A DNA stretch of 64,000 nt, from positions 95,358,001 through 95,422,000 of the forward strand of contig OZ076409.1 of assembly GCA_964187785.1 (NCBI GenBank), given 5' to 3'. This document shows positions 22,474-34,100 of the stretch, in pieces. Under the pieces are notes generated by a model. That model was not told the DNA's origin. It did no database searches and was given only the letters and a program-made list of their open reading frames with translations. The position numbers and the translations under genes are program-made. The stretch is from Amphiscolops sp. MND2022 (taxonomy: Eukaryota). Each line of letters begins with the position of its first letter. Position 1 is the stretch's first letter.

Positions 22474-22793
22474 TAAAATAGCTATAGATTATCGAATTCT
22501 ACAGATCGTTTTTGGTCAAAGGAAAGTTAATCAATACTGTATTGCCGACTGAATGCAACAGATCCTTTTCAAAACCTTCGAATAATACGAATGAAACATC
22601 AAAAGGGTCAATATAATATTTGTCGATAATCAAATAAACATAAAAGTAGCATCAGTGTGGTAACTATTTGCAAACAATATTAGCAAGGCCTTTTTCGTAT
22701 CGAATATTCGAATATTTTCTAGAATATTCTCGAATTTCCAAAACACGCAAATGAGTGACGTCTATTTGCTTTTAATCTTATTGCTTGTCAACA
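22474..22793 (-). repeat. 5' LTR of BEL/Pao element
   Basis: Starts TGTTGAC, ends TTTTA on the element strand, directly followed by TGG. Confidence 0.95.
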
Positions 22794-23609
22794 AGTAAGA
22801 CTTAAACTGCTAATTTTGGCATTTCTGAACGAACTGTATCAATTTATTAATGAATCAATTTGTCAATACTCTGGTTTGAGATAAAAAAACTGATAGTTAT
22901 TTGATTGCAGTAAGGAACTTAAAGTTGGTGGTCAAAAGAGTCAGCAAATCCTCTGTAGTCTTTGATTGGGGCGCTTTTGACTGTAACCTTAGTTGAAATG
23001 GCACACTTCGCTTACTTGAAAAAATGCACTGATGCTGTTTCAAGCGCTCGCCTAGTGCTCATCTAGTTGCTCATATAGCACCTTCTCATCATGAAAGTCT
23101 TGAATTCTTCAGATGTACCATCCATGTTCAACTTTTTTCAAATAAAACATCTATGCTTCATTGATGATCTCCAGTAACATGCATGTTTCATCCATGTTCT
23201 TGTTAAACATCCATGTTTCATTCATTTTTACATCTATCCATATCTTCTTTGGTTGAAAAAAAAACAAAAAAGAGACGAAAGTCTTTAAAAATGCACGAAT
23301 AGGGGTCTGAATCTGGCTCAAAACAGTGAATTTAAAACCCAATGATTTTTACAGTTTCTCGAAAAATGAAGTTGAAGTTATTACAAAACGTATCACTTAC
23401 CTCTACATCGTCGACAATAAACATCTGTTTGAAATGTTTCACTGAATAGACGACTTTCCTAAGTGCGCTCTCTAAGACAGTCTCTAGTTTCCCTATCCCT
23501 CTACTATTGTTTCTCAAGGTCAACTCACCGAGCTTAATAGTATGTCTTGTAAATACTTTTCTGAGTATTGTTTTTTTTAAATCAAGGCATTCGAATAAAA
23601 ATTTCTTCT

Positions 23610-23903
23610 TCATGCTTTATTCATGTTCATGTTAAACATCCATGTTTTATTCATGTTCATGTTAAAGATCCATGTTTCATTCATGTTTATGTTAAACATC
23701 CATGTTTCATTCATGTTCATGTTCAACATCCATGTTTCATTCATTTTCATGTTAAACATCCATGTTTCATTCATGTTCATGTTCAACATCCATGTTTCAT
23801 TCATGTTCATGTTAAACATCCATGTTTCATTCATGTTCATGTTCAACATCCATGTTTCATTCATGTTCATGTTAAACATCCATGTTTCATTCATGTTCAC
23901 ATG
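23610..23903 (+). repeat. 30-bp minisatellite (catgtttcattcatgttcatgttaaacatc), ~10 copies
   Basis: Direct inspection; partial copies at 23180-23240. Confidence 0.95.
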
Positions 23904-23935
23904 CATCGACCTGATTTGCTGTTTTCTTACTTCAG

Positions 23936-24143
23936 TTCAAATTCTCCGACAGCTTTCCCACTGAAGGCAACGACAAACTGCGATATTTCGACATTCGGCT
24001 GCCCCTCATTGCGAAATGGTTCAAGATCGTGTTCACCGAGATTGACGCCGAGGATCCACTGGGAAAGGAAAAAATAGTGGACTTCCGTTTCAGCATATAT
24101 GGATGCTACATTCATGATCCCGAGGATCCTCCGAATATCAAGA
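23936..24143 (+). CDS. Gene A exon, F5/8C end: FKFSD...PLIAKWFKI...FRFSIYGC...PPNIK
   Basis: cttcag/gttagt, phase 0-1; PI.AR..RI and LR.E.YGC-like terminal motifs. Confidence 0.85.
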
Positions 24144-24876
24144 GTTAGTTACGTCACCATCTGAATTGTGGTGTCAGAATGTTCCTTGCTTGACACGGTT
24201 CTACTCAGATGGATTCAACTGTTTCTGCGTAGCGTTTTTTCAGAGTCAGAATTCTCCGGACAACCGAGCTCACTCAATGGTTGACTCTTTACTGACTTTT
24301 TTCACACTTTTGCTTCCTATATACCAAACCAGGTTTACAGGTCATGGTTTTTATCTATGAGTCATAGGTTCGCCAGGCCGAGTATCATTCCATGATCATG
24401 GAAAGATATCCATGATTCATGGATGATCATGAATGAAAAGCCAAGATTTTAATCTTACCCTCCGAAATCATTTACTTTGAATCAGATGCTCCAAAGGGGC
24501 CTGTCTTTCCTTTATTTTGGTATTAGTAATGCGCACTTTAGCACCTCTAGAATAGTCAATTGTCCTTCAATTCGTGAACAAAAGCTAGTAAATCAATATC
24601 TAATAGTGAAAGACGGTGAAATAACGGAGAGTTCTACAACCAAAAGTGCTCCTGCCTGCACAATTGCATCAATTTCGTATGACTGGGATCAGACAAAAAT
24701 AGCCGAAATTAGTCCAAAATTGACGAAAAACTACCATTTTTGGAATTTTTCGGTTTCCTCAAAAACGGTCCATACGATTGAATTTTAATTTGTTTTTCAA
24801 TGTTTTAATGCGTTTCCGACTCCTTTATCGCGCTTGCGGCTCTGGTTGGTTTTTGAAACTGCTCGTGTGTTGACAG

Positions 24877-24979
24877 GAGCGTGTAAAACTGGAAAAGATA
24901 TCGAGGACTCATACTTCCGTGGATTCGTCACAGACCCTGATCACGAAGTGCTTTACGTCTGTGAGAAAGATCTCGCTTC
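24877..24979 (+). CDS. Gene A exon: ACKTGKDIEDSYFRGFVTDPDHEVLYVCEKDLA
   Basis: tgacag/gtgagt, phase 1-2, open frame consistent with neighbours. Confidence 0.8.
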
Positions 24980-26116
24980 GTGAGTTTGAACCTTCTTTCT
25001 CAGCGGCGAAAATAAACAAAATGCCATTTTAGATTCAATTTGTGGTTCAAAGTAGTCTTGAAGACATTTAACCTAAAGTCTCCGAGAACCAAATGGAGCA
25101 AAATGATGTTTCATTAAGTGGTTTGTGCCCAAAAGTCGAGTAGAAAACGGGGAATGAAATACTTTCTGCAATTTACATTCAAAATATCGCTTATCAATTT
25201 TCAAATAATGATGTGTTACATTCTAAGGCTAAGGTGTTAAGTAGAGACAAGGTTTCTAAATTCATTATCCCCAAAAAATTATAGCAAAGCATGCTTACAT
25301 TGTTATACCTAAGTTGAATGTTATAAACAACAATGTAGAAGTTGAACGATTTGTTATATTCTAAGGCTCAGGTTAGGAAAAAACAAAAGTTCTCCAATAA
25401 GTTTCTCTTGTTTTCTAGCGACTGTTATCGAACAAGCCTATTGCTTCAATTAATGTTCAATTAGCGAGTTCTTTCGAGTCTGTTTATCAACAACTCGTTG
25501 GTATGCTAAACTGAAACTCCATAAAGGTCAAGACCGATGAACCGTATAACATCCTAAAGCATTAGGTTTCCATTTAAGCTCAGACATGAACCGCTAACAT
25601 GCAGGCTGACCTTTTTCCGATGAGTCATCAAGGTGAATCATCATGTCAAAATCAGCCAGGGGAACGAGCCTCAAACGTATAATATGTTGGAGTCTTTTCA
25701 AAATAGAAATTCAAAAAAATTCATGTTAAAAAATTGAACTGATACGGAAAAAATGATCGAGCTAGCAGAAAAAAAATCGAACAGTAACATTCAATGTCAT
25801 TTTTTAGGAACACAGTTTGGATGGACTGTGGAAACATTCATGTGTCAGCTATGATTCATCGATTATCCATCGATGATGCATTGCTTTCCATTGAAAATGT
25901 ATCAAACTGCAATTACTGAAAAGTCTCAATTCTGTAGGTAAACTTGCAAGTAAATCTTTCAATTGCCTAATGTTACTCTTTGATTTTTTTTCTGCTAGTT
26001 CGGTCTTTTTTCCGTTATTTTTTCCCGTCATTTTTTCAAGAACACAGTTTGGATGGACTGTGGGAAACATTTATGCGTCAGCTATGATTCATCGATTATC
26101 CATCGATGATGCATTG

Positions 26117-28140
26117 TGTCACAGTCCGCTCCCGGACTGGCTTGTTCTTGTCGACGAATACAATTCGGAAGAGGACACGGGTGCCTGATGAAAGCTAAGT
26201 ACTGTTGGAATTGATCAACTCAAAACTAAACTGAACAAACTAAACGAAAACTAAACGAAAACTAAAAGAACTAAAACGATAATATGAAGCAACTTGGGAA
26301 TATCTCTTAAACATAATCTTAAATTAACGATTCAAGGAAAAATTAAAACCAAAATGCTGTCAAACTGCTATCGTAAACGAAATTGTAAGCGTCACAAATA
26401 AAACTTATGCGTACCAGTTTACTCCAAAACAATTACTATGTGCACACTCCAAGTAAAGTGCAGTCACACCGCTCGCGTTGCCGCATGTCTAACGTCAATA
26501 ATAGTCAGCTAAGAAAATAGTTTAACGCAATAACCGCGCTAGCGTTTGTTTACGCTAGATTAATATTTAGCACCGCTCGCATGAAAGAATGAATTACGTC
26601 AATAATACGTCACGGCTAATCGGAATGAAAGGAAAGAGTCTACGTCAAAGCTACGTCACACAATGCTTGTGACCAAACAATGCTATTGTCAATATTGAAC
26701 TAGTTGTTAAGATTATACTAGAGTATAAACCAGCGTAATTACCACGCCACGTTTTGACTAAAAGAAAATTCAAGTCTATGTCAAGTTTACGTCATATTAC
26801 AATCGAATTTTAGGCTCACGACGACCTTACGTCATGCTTAATATGAATAACAAGATCAATTAATGAAAAATACTTCCTTAGGGCATTATGAAATAAGAGA
26901 GCTTCCCAAGTGTTTCAAATTACGGAAAACCATGCCACATCCAATATTTGTTGATGATTAAATATAATTGATCTGTTGGAGCTGCTATAAAATAGTAATC
27001 AGTGAATGCAGTTTACATATAATGTTGGTTAACAGATATTAACGATTAATTAACGTTCATTATACTAGGGTCCTAACGTGACATTTATGTGTGCATATAT
27101 ATACATATTGTTGTTTGATTTCTCATTTAATGACTTATTGTAAATGAAAATTCATTTCATGTTTCTCTAAAATGTAGTATTTGAGGAAAACCATAAATCT
27201 CAGAATATTTGTACTTTCCCCAAAATTATCACACTTATGTGTGAGTCATTTCCCGCGTCTCTTGACTCGTATTCGTCTCGATTTTTTGTTTCTATTTTCC
27301 CGCGAAAATTTTGTGACCACTTCCTATTAATCGAGATTTTTTCCCGCCTTTACGAAGTCAAAGTTGGGTTGTTTCGATAAAAATGACTTTAGGAACGCTT
27401 CCATTTCCGGTCTGTCGTGATTTGCATCTGAGACATTCCTTTGTTGGAGATTCTACCTCACCTTATTCGGAAATTATGTTCATACCTTGTTCACAAGTAA
27501 TATAATTTCATTGAAAATAAGCTCGAGTCAGGAACGCCGGACGTGATATAATTGTGATTTTACCGGATGTAGTGGGTATTGTTTCGGCAGTTTTGTGACG
27601 CTAGCGTGGTCACGTGACATAGGGGAAGGTATATATATACTGGAGTGGCTTTGAGTTTTTTAATCTTGGATTTTGCTCTCACTTGTTTATGACGTTCTGT
27701 TAAATTTCAAGTTTTGAAATAAATTCTCTGAAACTACAATCTCAAAGTCAAGATGTCAACAAGAAGCCAGAAAAGGAAAGCTGGAACGAGTGTAGAAGAA
27801 ACTGAAGGCAACCAGCAGGAGAATCTTTTGAGGGTCAGCAGTGTCGTCGTAGGAGAAGACGTAAGTTCAGAACCTAGCACTTCGACTAACGGATTAACTC
27901 CTCAGGTAGACCAATCTCTTGAAAACCTAAAAACTTCTCTGAGAAAGGAAATAACTGAAGAAGTAAAAACCCTTCTAGAACAATCACAAAGAGAACTCAT
28001 ATTAGCAATAAGGTCCTCAAGTTTGGAAAACAGACCTAGTAACAGTGACGAAATAATAGAAACTCCTACCAGTGTAACGCTAACTCCTACTAAAACTGTA
28101 CGTTTCGGGAACGTAAATTCCCCCGTTAGCATTCGTAACA
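26117..28140 (+). mobile_element. Solo LTR (2024 bp, probably Gypsy-type) inserted in the satellite
   Basis: TGTCAC...GTAACA termini; 5-bp TSD CATTG (26112-26116, 28141-28145); monomer resumes exactly; TATA-like run ~27630, AATAAA 27718-27723. Confidence 0.85.
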
Positions 28141-28181
28141 CATTGCTTTCCATTGAAAATGTATCAAACTGCAATTACTGA
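27753..28181 (+). CDS. LTR-encoded Gag-like N-terminal ORF (129 codons in the LTR, stop in the satellite)
   Basis: MSTRSQKRK basic start, coiled coil SLENLKTSLRKEITEEVKTLL; frame open through the LTR end. Confidence 0.55.
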   Translation: MSTRSQKRKAGTSVEETEGNQQENLLRVSSVVVGEDVSSEPSTSTNGLTPQVDQSLENLKTSLRKEITEEVKTLLEQSQRELILAIRSSSLENRPSNSDEIIETPTSVTLTPTKTVRFGNVNSPVSIRNTLLSIENVSNCNY

Positions 28182-31100
28182 AAAGTCTCAATTCTGCAGG
28201 TAAACTTGCAAGTAAATCATTCAATTGTCTAATGTTACTCTTCGATTTTTTATGCTAGCTCGGTCATTTTTTCCGTTATTTTTGCCCGTCACTTTTTAGC
28301 CGGACAGTTTGGATGGATTGTGGAAAACATTTTTGTGTTAGCTATGATTCATCGATTATCCATCGATGATGGATTGCTTTCCATTGAAAATGTGTCAAAC
28401 TGCCATTACTGAAAAGTCTCATTTCTGTAGGTAAACTTGCAAGTAAATCTTTCAATTGTCTAATGTTACTCTTCGATTTTTTATGCTAGCTCGGTCATTT
28501 GTTCCGTTATTTTTGCACAACATTTTTTTAAGGAACACAGTTTGGTTGGATTGTGGAAAACATTTATGTGTCAGCTATGATTCATCAGTTATCCATCGAT
28601 GATGGATTGCTTTCCATTGAAAATGTGTCAAACTGCCATTACTGAAAAGTCTCAATTCTGTAGGTAAACTTGCAAGTAAATCTTTCAATTGTCTAATGTC
28701 ACTCTTCGATTTTTCTCTGCTAGCTTGGTAATTTTTTCCGTTCTTTTTGTCTGTGTTTTTTTAAAGAACACAGTTTGGATGATTGTGGAAAACATTTTTT
28801 TGTCAGCTACGATTCATCGATTATCCATCGATGATAGATTGCTTTCTATTGAAAATTTATCAAAACGCCATTACTGAAAAATCTCAATTCTGTAGGTAAA
28901 CTTGCAAGTAAATCTTTCAATAGTGTAATGTTACTCTTCGATTTTGTTCTGCTAGCTCGGTCATTTTTTCCGTTATTTTTGCCCGTCATTTTTCTAGGAA
29001 CACAGTTTTGATGGATTTTGGAAAACTTCCATGTGTCAGCTTTGATTCATCGATTATCCATCGATGATGCATTGCTTTTCATTGAAAATGTATCAAACTG
29101 CCAATACTGAAAAGTCTCAATTCTGTAGGTAAACTTGCAAGTAAATCTTTCAATTGCCTAAAGTTACTCTTCGATATTTTTTCTGCTAGCTCGGTCTTTT
29201 TTCCGTTATTTTTGCCCGTCATTTTTTTAAGAACACAGTTTTGATGGATTTTGGGAAACAGTTATGTGTTAGCTATGATTCATCGATTATCCATCGATGA
29301 TGCATTGCTTTCCATTGAAAATGTATCAAACTGCTAATACTGGAAAGTCTCAATTCTGGGGGTAAACTTGCAAGTAAATCTTTCAATTGTCTAATGTTAC
29401 TCTTTGATTTTTTTCTGTTAGCTCGGTCGTTTTTTCCGAAATTTTTGCCCGTCATTTTTTTAGGAACACAGTTTGGATGGATTGTGGAAAACATTCATGT
29501 GTCAGCTATGATTCATCGGTTATCCATCGATGATGCATTGTTTTCCATTGAAAATGTATCAAAATGCCATTACTGAAAAGTCTCAATTCTGCAGGTAAAC
29601 TTGCAAGTAAATCTTTCAATTGTCGAATGTTACTTTTCGATTTTTTTCTGCTAGGTCGGTCATTTTTTCCGTTATTTTTGCACATCATTTTTTAAGGAAC
29701 ACAGTTTGGATGGAATGTGGAAAACTTTTATGTGTCAGCTATGATCATCGGTTATCCATCGATGATGGAATGCTTTCCATTGAAAATGTATCAAACTGCC
29801 ATTACTGAAAAGTCTCAATTCTGTAGGTAAACTTGCAAGTAAATCATTCAATTGTCTAATGTCACTCTTCGATTTTTCTCTGCTAGCTTGGTCATTTTTT
29901 CCGTTCTTTTTGTCTGTGTTTTTTTAAAGAACACAGTTTGGATGATTGTGGAAAACATTTTTTTGTCAGCTACGATTCATCGATTATCCATCGATGATAC
30001 AATGCTTTCTATTGAAAATTTATCAAACCGCCATTACTGAAAAATCTCAATTCTGTAGGTAAACTTGCAAGTAAATCTTTCAATTGTGTAATGTTACTCT
30101 TCGATTTTGTTCTGCTAGCTCGGTCATTTTTTCCGTTATTTTTACCCGTCATTTTTCTAGGAACACAGTTTTGATGGATTTTGGAAAACTTCGATGTGTC
30201 AGCTTTGATTCATCGATTATCCATCGATGATGCATTGCTTTTCATTGAAAATGTATCAAACTGCCATTACTGAAAAGTCTCAATTCTGTAGGTAAACTTG
30301 CAAGTAAATCTTTCAAACGCCTAAAGTTACTCTTCGATATTTTTTCTGCTAGCTCGGTCTTTTTTCCGTTATTTTTGCCCGTCATTTTTTTAAGAACACA
30401 GTTTGGATGGATTTTGGGAAACAGTTATGTGTCAGCTATGATTCATCGATGATCCATCGATGATGCATTGCTTTCCATTGAAAAGGTATCAAACTGCTAA
30501 TACTGGAAAGTCTCAATTCTGGGGGTAAACTTGCAAGTAAATCTTTCAATTGTCTAATGTTACTCTTCGATTTTTTTCTGTTAGCTCGGTCGTTTTTTCC
30601 GAAACTTTTGCCCGTCATTTTTTTAGGAACACAGTTTGGATGGATTGTGGAAAACATTCATGTGTCAGCTATGATTCATCGGTTATCCATCGATGATGCA
30701 TTGTTTTCCATTGAAAATGTATCAAAATGCCATTACTGAAAAGTCTCAATTCTGCAGGTAAACTTGCTAGTAAATCTTTCAATTGTCGAATGTTACTTTT
30801 CGATTTTTTTCTGCTAGCTCGGTCATTTTTTCCGTTATTTTTGCACAACATTTTTTAAGGAACACAGTTTGGATGGAATGTGGAAAACTTTTATGTGTCA
30901 GCTATGATCATCGGTTATCCATCGATGATGGATTGCTTTCCATTGAAAATGTATCAAACTGCCATTACTGAAAAGTCTCAATTCTGTAGGTAAACTTGCA
31001 AGTAAATCTTTCAATTGTCTAATGTTACTCTTCGATTTTTCTGTGCTAGCTCGGTCATTTTTTCCGTTACTTTTGTCCGTCATTCTTAAGGAACACAGTT

Positions 31101-34100
31101 TGGATGATTGTGGAAAATATTTTTGTGTCAGCTATGATTCATCGATTATCCATCGATGATACATTGCTTTCTATTGAAAATTTATCCAACCGCCATTACT
31201 GAAAAGTCTCATTTCTGTAGGTAAACTTGCAAGTAAATCTTTCAATTGTGTAATGTTACTCTTCGATTTTTTTTTTGCTAGCTCGGTCACTTTTTTTGTT
31301 ATTTTTGAGCGTCACTTTTCTAGGAACACAGTTTGGATGGATTGTGGAAAACATTTATGTGTCAGCTGTGATTCATCGATTATCCATCGATGATGCATTG
31401 TTTTCCATTGAAAATGTATCAAAATGCCATTACTGAAAAGTCTCAATTCTGCAGGTAAACTTGCTAGTAAATCTTTCAATTGTCGAATGTTACTTTTCGA
31501 TTTTTTTCTGCTAGCTCGGTCATTTGTTCCGTTATTTTTGCACAACATTTTTTAAGGAACACAGTTTGGATGGAATGTGGAAAACATTTTTGTGTCAGCT
31601 ATGATCATCGGTTATCCATCGATGATGGATTGCTTTCCATTGAAAATGTATCAAACTGCCATTACTGAAAAGTCTCAATTCTGTAGGTAAACTTGCAAGT
31701 AAATCTTTCAATTGTCTAATGTTACTCTTCGATTTTTCTCTGCTAGCTCGGTCATTTTTTCCGTTATTTTTGTCCGTCATTCTTAAGGAACACAGTTTGG
31801 ATGATTGTGGAAAATATTTTTGTGTCAGCTATGATTCATCGATTATCCATCGATGATACATTGCTTTCTATTGAAAATTTATCCAACCGCCATTACTGAA
31901 AAGTCTCAATTCTGTAGGTAAACTTGCAAGTAAATCTTTCAATTGTGTAATGTTACTCTTCGATTTTTTTTTCTGCTAGCTCGGTCTTTTTTCCGTTTTT
32001 TTTGCCCGTCATTTTTCTAAGAACACAGTTTGGATGGATTGTGGAAAACATTTATGTGTCAGCTATGATTCATCGATTATCCATCGATGATGCATTGCTT
32101 TCCATTGAAAATGTATCAAACTGCCATTACTGGAAAGTCTCAATTCTGTAGGAAAACTTGCAAGTAAATTTTTCAATTGTCTAATGTTACTCTTCGATTT
32201 TTTTCTGTTAGCTCGGTCATTTTTTCCGAACTTTTTGCCCGTCATTTTTTTAGGAACACAGTTTGGATGGATTGTGGAAAACATTCATGTGTCAGCTATG
32301 ATTCATCGATTATCCATCGATGATGCATTGTTTTCCATTGAAATTGTATCAAACTGCCATTACTGAAAAGTCTCAATTCTGCAGGTAAACTTGCAAGTAA
32401 ATGTTTCAATTGTCTAATATTACTTTTCGATTTTTTTTGCTAGGTCGGTCATTTTTTCCGTTATTTTTGCACAACATTTTTTAAGGAACACAGTTTGGAT
32501 GGATTGTGGAAAACTTTTATGTGTCAGCTATGATTCATCGGGTATCCATCGATGATGGATTGCTTTCCATTGAAAATGTATCAAACTGCCATTACTGAAA
32601 AGTCTCAATTCTGTAGGTAAACTTGCAAGTTAATCTTCTAATTGTCTAAAGTTACTCTTCGATTTTTTTGCTAGCTCGGTGATTTTTTCTGATGTTTTTG
32701 CCCGTCCTTTTTTAAGAACACAGTTTGGATGGATTGTGGAAAACATTCATGTGTCAGCTATGATTCATCGGTTATCCATCGATGATGCATTGCTTTCCTT
32801 TGAAAATGTATCAAACTGCCATTACTGAAAAGTCTCAAATCTGCAGGTAAACTTGCAAGTAAATCTTTCAATTGTCTAATGTTACTTTTCGATTTTCTCT
32901 GCTAGCTCGGTCATTTTATCCGTTCTTTTTGCACAACAATTTTTTAAGGAACACAGTTTGGATGGATTGTGGAAAACATTTATGTGTCAGCTATGATTCA
33001 TCGGTTATCCATCGATGATGGATTGCTTTCCCTTGAAAATGTATCAAACTGCCATTACTGAAAAGTCTCATTTCTGTAGGTAAACTTGCAAGTAAATCTT
33101 TCAATTGTCTAATGTTACTCTCCAATTTTTTTCTGCTAGCTCGGTCATTTTTTCCGATGTTTTTGCCCGTCATTTTTTAGGAACACAGTTTGGATGGATT
33201 GTAGAAAACATTCATGTGTCAGCCATGATTCATCGATTATCCATCGATGATGCATTGTTTTCCATTGAAAATGCATCAAACTGCCATTACTGAAAAGTCT
33301 CAATTCTGCAGGTAAATTTTCAAGTAAATCTTTTCAATTGTCTAATGTTACTTTTCGATTTTTTTTCTGCTAGGTCGGTCATTTTTTCCGTTACTTTTGC
33401 ACAACATTTTTTAGGGAACACAGTTTGGAAGGATTGTGGAAAACATTTATGTGTCAGCTATGATTCATCGGTTATCCATCGATGATGGATTGCTTTCCAT
33501 TGAGAATGTATCAAACTGCCATTACTGAAAAGTCTCAATTCTGTAGGTAAACTTGCAAGTAAATCTTTCAATTGTCTAATGTTACTCTCCGATTTTTTTC
33601 TGCTAGCTCGGTCATTTCTTCCGATGTTTTTGCCCGTCATTTTTTAGGAACACAGTTTGGATGGATTGTGGAAAACATTCATGTGTCAGCTATGATTCAT
33701 CGATTATCCATCGATGATGCATTGCTTTCCATTGAAAATGTATCAAACTGCCATTACTGAAAAGTCTCAAGTCTGCAGGTAAACTTGCAAGTAAATTTTT
33801 TAATTGTCTAATGTTACTTTTCGATTTTTTCCTGCTAGCTCGGTCATTTTTCCGTTATTTTTGCACAACATTTTTTTAAGGAACACAGTTTGGATGGATT
33901 GTGGAAAACATTTATGTGTCAGCTATGATTCGTCGGTTATCCATCGATGAAGGATTGCTTTCCATTGAAAATATTTCAAACTGCCATTACTGAAATGTCT
34001 CAATTCTGTAGGTAAACTTGCAAATAAATCTTCCAATTGTGTAATGTTACTCTTCGATTTTTTTTCTGCTAGCTCGGTCACTTTTTTTGTTATTTTTGAG

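Larger units (their letters stand above)
13483..22793 (-). mobile_element. Full-length BEL/Pao LTR retrotransposon (9311 bp), antisense in a gene A intron
   Basis: Two 320-bp LTRs with one visible mismatch; 5-bp TSD AGTAA (13478-13482, 22794-22798); PBS; purine-rich tract before the 3' LTR; gag-PR-RT-RH-IN order. Confidence 0.95.

Noticed and set aside
23568..24077. His-rich (HPCFIHVHVK)n and (MNMNETW)n ORFs
   Set aside because: Translations of an intronic 30-bp minisatellite open in several frames; the real exon starts at 23936 in another frame
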